A stretch of DNA of 32,000 nt from Candidatus Parvarchaeota archaeon (GTDB lineage: Archaea; Nanobdellota; Nanobdellia; B33-G15): assembly GCA_017608385.1 (NCBI GenBank), contig JAFCFZ010000002.1, forward strand, positions 10,335 through 42,334, in the 5' to 3' direction. The translations under genes were made by a program, and so were the position numbers. Below, piece by piece: positions 8,488-15,437 of the stretch (position 1 is its first letter; the number at the start of each line of letters is the position of its first letter). The notes beneath the pieces were generated by a model. It was not told where the DNA came from and did no database searches. It was given only the letters and a program-made list of their open reading frames with translations.

Positions 8488-8530
8488 CGGGCCAGGAGGG
8501 ATTTGAACCCACTACCTACAACTATCTTCT
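8488..8530 (-). other. Orphan tRNA 3' half (tRNA-Arg-like): 3' anticodon stem, variable loop, T arm and acceptor 3' strand, plus 7 nt of intron-like leader
   Basis: Minus-strand sequence is AGAAGAUA|GUUGU AGGUA GUGGG UUCAAAU CCCUC CUGGCCC G. It matches the 3' part of the tRNA-Arg gene at 8850-8890 at 36 of 41 positions by hand alignment, including the GAAG-AUA BHB half. No D arm or 5' acceptor strand lies upstream. The T stem has one U-U mismatch. Confidence 0.6.
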
Positions 8531-8550
8531 CTGAGATGTATGAATATAAT

Positions 8551-8805
8551 TTATTCTTTTTTATTATCAAGTTTGTGAGCTTCTCTAATAATATTTTCCA
8601 AAGGACCTAAATAACTTTTAGCTTGTATAATTTTTCTTTGATAAACATAGGGAGAGTTATTTGTAGATTCAGATTGTTTGTTTGCAGATTTAAATTGTTC
8701 TTCAGAAATTTTTAATTCATCTGAAAGGGTTTTCTTTAAAGCGTCAAGAGACATAGAATTAAGCATACCATACAGTTCTTTAGGAAAATAGTTATTAGAT
8801 GTCAT
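8551..8805 (-). CDS. Hypothetical 84-aa protein lying between the tRNA half and the full tRNA-Arg
   Basis: ATG start, predicted helical and charged, no recognisable motif. Confidence 0.4.
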   Translation of the reverse strand: MTSNNYFPKELYGMLNSMSLDALKKTLSDELKISEEQFKSANKQSESTNNSPYVYQRKIIQAKSYLGPLENIIREAHKLDNKKE

Positions 8806-8848
8806 AGAAATTCTATTAAAAATCTCTTTAAAAAGTCTCCGAATAAAA

Positions 8849-8987
8849 AGGGCCAGAGGGGATTTGAACCCCCGACCTACAGCTATCTTCGCTCGGAAAT
8901 GGTTTGCATCTCATCCTTTCTTCGACTTAGATACCCTTCCTCATAGCGTAGAAGGCTGTCGCTCTATCCAAACTGAGCTACTGGCCC
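8849..8987 (-). tRNA. tRNA-Arg (anticodon UCU) with a 64-nt intron at canonical position 37/38
   Basis: Hand-folded. Acceptor GGGCCAG/CUGGCCC, U8 A9, D arm GCUC-AGUUUGGAUA-GAGC, anticodon stem ACAGC/GCUGU, loop CUUCUA|intron|A, variable loop AGGUC, T arm GGGGG-UUCAAAU-CCCCU. The track ORF 8864..9049 on the opposite strand is spurious. Confidence 0.9.
8885..8948 (-). other. tRNA-Arg intron with canonical bulge-helix-bulge motif and an internal K-turn / box C/D-like layout
   Basis: BHB: exon CUUC pairs with intron GAAG as a 4-bp helix, flanked by the 3-nt bulges UA|C and AU|A that carry the splice sites. Next comes GC/GC, the bulge UAU, tandem G.A/A.G, then GGAA/UUCC, which is a K-turn consensus. 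Box-like elements are AUGAGGA -12 nt- UCGA -7 nt- AUGAGAU -11 nt- CCGA. Confidence 0.75.
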
Positions 8988-9011
8988 CTAATTTCTTAGG
9001 ATACCGTAGCG

Positions 9012-9023
9012 TTTTTAAAAATA
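9012..9023. promoter_or_regulatory. AT-rich TATA-like element positioned to serve both tRNA-Arg (minus) and the 9042 gene (plus)
   Basis: TTTTTAAAAATA lies about 23-28 nt from tRNA-Arg position 1 on one side and about 20-25 nt from the ATG at 9042 on the other. The plus-strand gene would then be leaderless or nearly so. Confidence 0.3.
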
Positions 9024-9041
9024 TGCGTTTTTTCAACTACA

Positions 9042-9554
9042 ATGAATGAATCAACCTTTTTCACAATTCTTTCAGTAATAGGGATAATAAGTACTTTCAG
9101 CATTTATCCTCCTTTATCTGCAATAATATTTATTAGTTTAATTGCATTAATTGTTGGCTTTGGTGAAGATTTTGTTTCTGGAAGAGGACATTATACCTAC
9201 AAAAAAGTCAAACCCTTCAAAAGCAATATCCCTCTTTACATAATCCCTTTTTGGATAGGAATTATCACATTACTAAATACTGGTTCTGCACTACTTGTTA
9301 TGGAAATGGGAATGGATCCATCTGGAGGAGGAGTTTTATGGTCTGCTTTCTTCACCGGAGGTGCCTGCTTTCTCCTTGACCTAATATTAATAGAACCAAT
9401 AATGTGTAAAAGATTAGAATATTGGAAATGGCATGAAAAGAAAACAATTTTATCTAAGTTTAACAAAAAAAATGGTTTTACCGCTCCTTTAGGAAACTAC
9501 TTTACTTGGTTTCTCTTTCCTTTTTTAGCAAGTTGTATATTCTTTTGGATCTAA
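9042..9554 (+). CDS. Multi-pass membrane protein, function unknown
   Basis: 170 aa with 4-5 hydrophobic helices and Trp-rich C-terminal motifs (YWKWHEK, NYFTWFLFPF). No confident family assignment. Confidence 0.45.
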   Translation: MNESTFFTILSVIGIISTFSIYPPLSAIIFISLIALIVGFGEDFVSGRGHYTYKKVKPFKSNIPLYIIPFWIGIITLLNTGSALLVMEMGMDPSGGGVLWSAFFTGGACFLLDLILIEPIMCKRLEYWKWHEKKTILSKFNKKNGFTAPLGNYFTWFLFPFLASCIFFWI

Positions 9555-9597
9555 TCTTTTCATAAATTTAATAAGACTTGATTCTTTACTTGGGATT

Positions 9598-12333
9598 ATG
9601 GATATACAGAAAATAGAAGCAAAATGGAGAAAAAAATGGGAAAAATCAAATATTTTTGAATCTGAACCTAACAACAAGTCAAAATATTTTCTCACGTTTC
9701 CTTATCCTTACATCAATGCAGCTCCCCATATAGGACATAGTTATTCTGCCACAAGAGGCGACATGATGGCAAGATACAAGAGGATGAAAGATTACAATGT
9801 TCTCTTTCCAATTGGACTCCACGCAACAGGAGAACCAATTATGGGTGCTGCAAAAAGAATTGATAAAAAAGACAAGAGTCAAATTGAAACCTTTATTCTT
9901 TCCGGAGTTCCAAAACAAGACATAGAAAAATTCAAAGACCCAAAAAAAATTGTTGATTTCTTCTCAAAAACATGGATAAAAGATTTCAAAGATTTTGGAT
10001 TAGCTGTTGATTGGAGAAGAACATTCTACACAACTAAATTAAACAAAGAGTATAGTGCTTTTATCAATTGGCAATATGAATTGCTAAAGAAGAAGGAATT
10101 AATTGTAAGAGGAGAGCACCCAGTTATTTGGTGTCCTTCTTGTGAATCTCCTACTGGGTCTCATGACAGAAAAGAGGGAGAAAATGCAAATATTTTGGAA
10201 TATGTTTTAATCAAGTTCAAAATGGATGATTACATTCTTCCTGCTGCCACATTAAGGCCTGAAACAGTCTATGGGGTCACAAATGTGTGGGTGAATCCAG
10301 AAGGAGAATATGTTAAAGCAAAGATAGACGGAGAAAAATGGATAATTAGTGAGGATGTTGCTAAAAAACTCAAGAATCAAAAACATGATGTTAAAACAAA
10401 TGGAAAAATAATGGGGCAAGAATTAATTGATAAAACTTGTATAGAACCTATTAACAAGAAAAAAATACCAATCTTGCCTGCTTCTTTTGTTGATCTTTCA
10501 ACAGGAACAGGTATAGTTATGAGTGTTCCAGCTCACGCACCTTATGATTATATTGCTTTAAGAGACCTAAACAAATTAAAAGAAATAAAACCAATCACAA
10601 TAATCAAAACAGATTTAGGAGAAAATCCCGCTGGAAAACTTTCTGAAAAAATGGGAATAAATTCACAACAAGATCCTAAATTAAAAGTAGCTACAAAAAT
10701 GGTTTACAAAAAAGAATTTCATAAAGGAATATGTAATGAAAAATGTGGCAAATTCAATGGAAAGCAAGTAAGTAAAATGAAAGATGAGCTTGTAAAGGAA
10801 TTTGAAAAACAAAAAATTGCAATGATTTTCTATGAGACTTCTGAACAAGTAATATGTAGATGTCTCTCAAAATGCCATGTTAGAGTAATTGATGACCAAT
10901 GGTTCATAAAATATAGTGATGAAAAATGGAAGCAACAAACCCTTGATTGTTTGAAAAACATGAAGATATATCCAGAAGAAGCAAGAAATTGGCTAGAAAA
11001 AGCAATAGTCAATATGAAAAATAAAGCATGTGCAAGAAAATCAGGTTTAGGGACTCCTCTTCCTTGGGATAAGGATTGGATAATTGAACCCTTGAGTGAT
11101 TCGACTATTTACATGAGTTATTACATAGTTTCCAAATATGTCAATAAAAAACAAATATCTGAAAAAAACATGAAAAAAGAGTTTTTTGATTATGTAATTT
11201 TGGGAAAAGGAAAAGAAGAAGAAGTTTCTAAAAAGAGTAAGGTAAAATTAACTCTTTTACGAAAAATAAGAAAAGAGCTTGAGTACTTTTATCCAGTGGA
11301 TTTGAGAAATTCTGGGAAGGATTTATTATCTCATCATCTTGCATTTTTTATATTCCATCATGTAGCAATATTTCCAAAAAAGCATTGGCCAAAAGCAATT
11401 GGGGCTAATGGTTGGACAACTGTTGATGGTGAAAAAATGAGTAAGAGTCAAGGAAATTTTGTTACACTTAGGCAAGCAATAAATGAATTTGGAGCAGATG
11501 CTTCAAGACTAGCTTTATTAGATTCCAATGAAGGGTTAGCAGATTCTGATTTCAGAAGAGATGCTGCAAGAAATTTTGAGTATCTATTTTCAAAAATATT
11601 GTCAAAAATTCCTCCAAAACCTAAAGCTATCTTAAAAGAAGACTTACTTGATAAGTGGTTGATGTCTACAACTCAAAAAAGAATTATCGCGGCTGAGAAA
11701 CATCTTGAAAATATGGAAAATAGGGGAGCAATTCTTAATTCATTTCACGGAATTTGGCAAGATTTAAACAAGTACATGCAAAGGAAGCAAAAACCAAGTC
11801 CAAAATTAATCCGATATGTTTTTGATGTTTTTGCTAGGATAAATGTGCCATTCACACCACATTTATCAGAAGAAATATGGAATAAATTAGGAAATTCTGG
11901 TTTTGTTCATAACCAAAAGTGGCCAGTTCCAAACAAAAACCTAATTGACATAAAATTAGAGGAAAAATTAGGGATAATTGATATTTTAGTTTCAGACATT
12001 TCAAGTATAATAAAAATAGTTGGTAAAAAACCAAAAAAAATAAGGATCTTCATAGCAGATGATTGGAAAAGAGATTTGATGAGAAATCCTTCAAAATTTG
12101 AAAAATATGTTAGAAAATATAAGAAAATTGCAGTAAGAATCAAAAATATTTCAAATGACTCTGGTAAAAAACCAAGAGTAATCTTCACAGGAAAGGAAGA
12201 GATCCAAACAATAGAATCAATGAAAAAATACATAGAAAAACAATTTGGATCTAGAGTAAGTATTGAAAAAGAAGGTAATGAAAAAAAATCAAATCAGGCA
12301 ATGCCTGGAAAACCAGCAATTCTTATTTCTTAA
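9598..12333 (+). CDS. leuS: Leucyl-tRNA synthetase, archaeal type
   Basis: 911 aa. HIGH-type motif PHIGHSYS and KMSKS motif EKMSKSQGN. The CP1 editing insertion and the archaeal C-terminal extension are present. Confidence 0.95.
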   Translation: MDIQKIEAKWRKKWEKSNIFESEPNNKSKYFLTFPYPYINAAPHIGHSYSATRGDMMARYKRMKDYNVLFPIGLHATGEPIMGAAKRIDKKDKSQIETFILSGVPKQDIEKFKDPKKIVDFFSKTWIKDFKDFGLAVDWRRTFYTTKLNKEYSAFINWQYELLKKKELIVRGEHPVIWCPSCESPTGSHDRKEGENANILEYVLIKFKMDDYILPAATLRPETVYGVTNVWVNPEGEYVKAKIDGEKWIISEDVAKKLKNQKHDVKTNGKIMGQELIDKTCIEPINKKKIPILPASFVDLSTGTGIVMSVPAHAPYDYIALRDLNKLKEIKPITIIKTDLGENPAGKLSEKMGINSQQDPKLKVATKMVYKKEFHKGICNEKCGKFNGKQVSKMKDELVKEFEKQKIAMIFYETSEQVICRCLSKCHVRVIDDQWFIKYSDEKWKQQTLDCLKNMKIYPEEARNWLEKAIVNMKNKACARKSGLGTPLPWDKDWIIEPLSDSTIYMSYYIVSKYVNKKQISEKNMKKEFFDYVILGKGKEEEVSKKSKVKLTLLRKIRKELEYFYPVDLRNSGKDLLSHHLAFFIFHHVAIFPKKHWPKAIGANGWTTVDGEKMSKSQGNFVTLRQAINEFGADASRLALLDSNEGLADSDFRRDAARNFEYLFSKILSKIPPKPKAILKEDLLDKWLMSTTQKRIIAAEKHLENMENRGAILNSFHGIWQDLNKYMQRKQKPSPKLIRYVFDVFARINVPFTPHLSEEIWNKLGNSGFVHNQKWPVPNKNLIDIKLEEKLGIIDILVSDISSIIKIVGKKPKKIRIFIADDWKRDLMRNPSKFEKYVRKYKKIAVRIKNISNDSGKKPRVIFTGKEEIQTIESMKKYIEKQFGSRVSIEKEGNEKKSNQAMPGKPAILIS

Positions 12334-12529
12334 TTTTCTCTTTCTCTTCTCTCTTTTTTAGAACAGTAAGATATCCAGTAAGCATATTTCTTAGTTTTTT
12401 AGAAGGTACATCTGCAACACTCTCAAGTATTGGTTTGTTCTCATCAAAATCATTTGTAAACTTATCTGAGTGTGCCTTCCATATTTTTTTTGTGGTTGAT
12501 TTAATAAATTTTGTTCTTATTCTGCTCAT
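12323..12529 (-). CDS. rps17e: 30S ribosomal protein eS17
   Basis: MSRIRTKFIKSTTKKI...DKFTNDFDENK...SKKLRNMLTGYLT matches the archaeal S17e pattern. Its start overlaps the upstream stop as ATGA. Confidence 0.85.
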   Translation of the reverse strand: MSRIRTKFIKSTTKKIWKAHSDKFTNDFDENKPILESVADVPSKKLRNMLTGYLTVLKKREEKEKIKK

Positions 12530-13995
12530 ATTTCCACCATAACCGGGTTATCAAGTACGACATATTTCACTGCTCTTTTAAGCTTTGCGTTACTCTTAGC
12601 ATAGATTGTAAATAATGGGTCTCCTTCATTGACCTTATCTCCAACATGTTTGTAAATGTATATACCAGATCTCTTATCTAGGGGAGCTCCAGCAATTTTA
12701 GCTATTCTTGTTAAAAAATCATTTCTTATGCTTTTCACAACTCCCTTTTTTCCAGAAGTATAAGTAAATTCATAAGGGTTTGGAACAAGCTTTTCAGAGG
12801 TTATATTTGGATCTCCACCTTGTGCTTCAATTATTTGTTTGAATTTTTCCAACGGTTTTCCTGATTTCAAATGTTTAACAGGATCTATTTTGTGTGAAAC
12901 AAGAGAAAGAAGGTTTGTACATAATTTAAGTGCCTTATCCTGTAGGTCTTTAGGGCCTTTTCCCTCCAAAACACTCAAAGCATCTCTTGCAGATAATAAA
13001 GGACCAATTCCATTTCCTATTGGTTGTGTTCCATCAGTGTATGTGGCTTTTATATTCATATTAAATCTTTCACCTATTTTCTTGAACTTTCTCTCTAACA
13101 TCTTTGCTTGTACCCGATTCTTTAATTTTCCACAAGGACCTATTGGAAAATCTAGGACTAAGTGAGTCGTTCCCACTGAAATTTTTTTAGCCATGATACT
13201 TGCTATCATCTGTGATTCTGGATCTATCCCTAAAACCTTCTCTACTTTGATTAACTTATCATCAACTGGGGCTAAATTCAATGCTCCTCCCCAAACAACA
13301 CAAGCTCCTGTTTTTGAGATTATTTTTTTTAATTCATCTAAAGAAAAAGAGATACCTGCCAAAACTTCCATTGCATCTGCTGTTCCTGCTGCAGAAGTTA
13401 TTGCTCTACTTGAGGTCTTGGGAATTGTATAACCTAAAGAAGCGATAAATGGAACAACAATCATTGTGACTTTATTTCCAGGAACTCCACCAAGACTGTG
13501 TTTATCAAGAATCTGTTTAGATCCTAAATTCAATTTTCCTCCTTCATTAACCATTGATTCAACCAAATAAACAAGTTCATTGAAATTCATTCCACGAATG
13601 TATTGAGATATCAAGAAACTAGAGATTTCCAAATCCATTAATTTATCCTCAGAAATTGCATGAACTATCCCCTTTATTTCTTGTTTATTCAATTTTTTAC
13701 CATCTAATTTCTTTCTCAGATAATCTACGGCAAGAGGTGTTTCTACAACCTCAATCTCAATTTCATCTCCATCTTTCCATTTTGTAAGCTCCCAAATATC
13801 TCTAAAAAGACCTATTTCATCTCTTTTTATGAATTCTTGAGAAATATCCACAGTAACAACAAGCTCATCATTATTACGAATCAATTTGATTCTTTCTTTT
13901 GCACTTACTCCTAACTTATATGCAAGCTCATTGTCTAAAACAACAACATGAGGTCCTCCTGTTTTAAAATCAAGCCTTCTTACTTTGAAAACCAT
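12526..13995 (-). CDS. deoA: AMP phosphorylase (archaeal thymidine-phosphorylase-family enzyme)
   Basis: 489 aa. It has the N-terminal extension (MVFKVRRLDFKTGGPHVVVLD) seen in AMP phosphorylases, plus KHSLGGVPGNK and TSSRAITSAAGTADAMEVL. It is adjacent to an e2b2-type isomerase. Confidence 0.8.
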   Translation of the reverse strand: MVFKVRRLDFKTGGPHVVVLDNELAYKLGVSAKERIKLIRNNDELVVTVDISQEFIKRDEIGLFRDIWELTKWKDGDEIEIEVVETPLAVDYLRKKLDGKKLNKQEIKGIVHAISEDKLMDLEISSFLISQYIRGMNFNELVYLVESMVNEGGKLNLGSKQILDKHSLGGVPGNKVTMIVVPFIASLGYTIPKTSSRAITSAAGTADAMEVLAGISFSLDELKKIISKTGACVVWGGALNLAPVDDKLIKVEKVLGIDPESQMIASIMAKKISVGTTHLVLDFPIGPCGKLKNRVQAKMLERKFKKIGERFNMNIKATYTDGTQPIGNGIGPLLSARDALSVLEGKGPKDLQDKALKLCTNLLSLVSHKIDPVKHLKSGKPLEKFKQIIEAQGGDPNITSEKLVPNPYEFTYTSGKKGVVKSIRNDFLTRIAKIAGAPLDKRSGIYIYKHVGDKVNEGDPLFTIYAKSNAKLKRAVKYVVLDNPVMVEI

Positions 13996-14031
13996 GAGAA
14001 GTAAAAATATACTAATGCTTTTAACACTTTC

Positions 14032-14934
14032 TTAATCAAAAATCCAGAAATACTTGGTTTTTATAGTGTCAAAAACAGCTCCTGGAGTTAAAACTCCAAA
14101 TTCAGTAATAAATGCAGTAATCAGTTCTCTTGGGGTAACATCAAATGCAGGATTGATTATGTTTAACTTTTTAGGTGGTTTTTCCCACACTTCCTTACTT
14201 TTTCTTTGTTCAATGACTCCAAGATTGTAAATAGTCCTTGGATCAAACTTCAACAACTCTCCTACTACATAAAATGGAACATTTTCTCTTTTTGCAACAA
14301 CAGCCATAGGATATGTTCCTATTTTATTAATCACGGACATTTCAGAGGTGATTACATCACAACCTACAACAACATAATCCATCTTAGGCATTACAGAACC
14401 CATAGCTGAATCAACAAAGTGAGTTACTTTTATTCCATGATCTAACAATTCTTTAGCAGTTTTTCTCCCTTGAAAAAGTGGTCTTGTTTCTGTATTAAAT
14501 ATCTCAAAATCAATTCCTCTATCTTTTGCTAGTTTCAATAATTTAGTAACACTGGAAGAATGACAATGAGTTAAGAGTTTAGATCCTTTCTTTATTCGAT
14601 TGGCTCCTGCAGAAGTAACATTTTGCCTCATCTCTTCAACAATCAATCTTATTGATTTTATATTACTATCAAGAATTTGTTTAGCTTTTTCAGGATTCTC
14701 AGCCAAAGAAACATCTCTTCGAATATATGAAAGTGAATTCATCAAAAGAGGTTCATTTGGTCTTGTCGAAAGGAGGATTTTGATTTTTTTGTCTAATTCA
14801 CTTATCATCAATCTCTTTGTTTTAAACTTCTTTTTTGAGAAATAATGACCTATAGCATCAATTCCAGATAGAGCAACATTTGCTGCACCTTGAATTTTTA
14901 TTGATTTTATATCCTTAACGGTCTTTTCAAACAT
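14032..14934 (-). CDS. e2b2: Ribose-1,5-bisphosphate isomerase (eIF-2B alpha/beta/delta family)
   Basis: 300 aa. Supporting motifs are THCHSS, ETRPLFQGRKTA and VVVGCDVITSEMSVINKIGTYPMAVVAKRENVPFYVV. The genomic link to AMP phosphorylase also supports the call. Confidence 0.72.
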   Translation of the reverse strand: MFEKTVKDIKSIKIQGAANVALSGIDAIGHYFSKKKFKTKRLMISELDKKIKILLSTRPNEPLLMNSLSYIRRDVSLAENPEKAKQILDSNIKSIRLIVEEMRQNVTSAGANRIKKGSKLLTHCHSSSVTKLLKLAKDRGIDFEIFNTETRPLFQGRKTAKELLDHGIKVTHFVDSAMGSVMPKMDYVVVGCDVITSEMSVINKIGTYPMAVVAKRENVPFYVVGELLKFDPRTIYNLGVIEQRKSKEVWEKPPKKLNIINPAFDVTPRELITAFITEFGVLTPGAVFDTIKTKYFWIFD

Positions 14935-14962
14935 GATTTGATAATCATTTCAGAATTTATAA

Positions 14963-15232
14963 TTATAATGCCCTTCTCAAATCAGTAACTTCAAAGCTTT
15001 GAATTCCTTCAATTTTAGCTACAGCTTCTTCAACAGAAGTCATAAGTCCATCCTTATCCTCTAAAACAAAAGAAACTACTAATGCTTTTAATCCAAAAGC
15101 AATGGGTTCCTCCTTAGAAGTTCCAAATTCTCCATACTCTGATATTACTTCTTTCAAAGAAGTTTCCAATCCCTTCAAATCAATATCTAGACTTGATGGC
15201 ATTACTCTTGCTTGAACAATTACTTTTCCCAT
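14963..15232 (-). CDS. ef1b: Translation elongation factor aEF-1 beta
   Basis: 89 aa. Sequence MGKVIVQARVMPSSLDIDL...PIAFGLKALVVSFVLEDKDG...VTDLRRAL. Confidence 0.9.
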   Translation of the reverse strand: MGKVIVQARVMPSSLDIDLKGLETSLKEVISEYGEFGTSKEEPIAFGLKALVVSFVLEDKDGLMTSVEEAVAKIEGIQSFEVTDLRRAL

Positions 15233-15397
15233 TTAAGGTCCCTCAAAATTACATTCTTTACATTTGTATGTGGCTGCTATTTTTCTACATTGACCGCACC
15301 TAATTATTTCAGATTTTCCACAATTTGGACAATTAAAAATAGCTGATTTATCGAGAGTAGATATATCTCTTCCGCATGTAATGCATTCTTTTTTCAT
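15233..15397 (-). CDS. Small double zinc-ribbon protein (the type usually found upstream of aEF-1beta)
   Basis: Below the track's size cut-off. My translation gives MKKECITCGRDISTLDKSAIFNCPNCGKSEIIRCGQCRKIAATYKCKECNFEGP (54 aa) with four CxxC pairs. Its stop abuts the ef1b start codon. Confidence 0.7.
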   Translation of the reverse strand: MKKECITCGRDISTLDKSAIFNCPNCGKSEIIRCGQCRKIAATYKCKECNFEGP

Positions 15398-15437
15398 GGC
15401 TTCAAACATCCAACTAGTATTTTAAAAGCTTTCGTGT

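Noticed and set aside
8327-8512. Track ORF of 61 aa on the minus strand.
   Set aside because: It runs through the orphan tRNA half and out of frame into the N-terminus of the 7900-8445 membrane-protein gene. No independent support.
8885-8948. The idea that the intron's putative C/D guides methylate the tRNA-Arg itself, as in pre-tRNA-Trp.
   Set aside because: Comparing both putative guide segments with the exons by eye, I found no more than about 5 contiguous complementary nucleotides. A cis target is not supported; any target would have to be elsewhere, for example in rRNA.
8488-8987. Treating the segment between the two tRNA-derived repeats as an active integrated mobile element.
   Set aside because: The roughly 320-bp interval holds only an 84-aa ORF with no integrase, transposase or replication motif. 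At most it is a decayed scar.
8864-9049. Track ORF of 61 aa on the plus strand.
   Set aside because: It lies entirely antisense to the well-folded tRNA-Arg gene and its intron. Its G+C-rich codons simply mirror the tRNA.
12839-13432. Plus-strand ORFs 12839..13165 and 13193..13432. The same class includes 5915..6178, 9236..9466, 9679..9918, 10830..11012, 11852..12233, 14206..14409, 14600..14845, 16554..16889, 18262..18459, 18510..18873, 19640..19831, 19979..20332, 20312..20752, 21146..21349, 21739..22011, 22851..23042, 23984..24367, 24635..24847, 26756..27103, 28175..28408, 30623..30832, 30890..31303 and 31367..31552.
   Set aside because: All are embedded antisense or out of frame within longer ORFs that have clear family signatures. 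Their translations are low-complexity (Ser/Phe/Leu/Ile-rich), as expected for shadow frames of AT-rich coding sequence.
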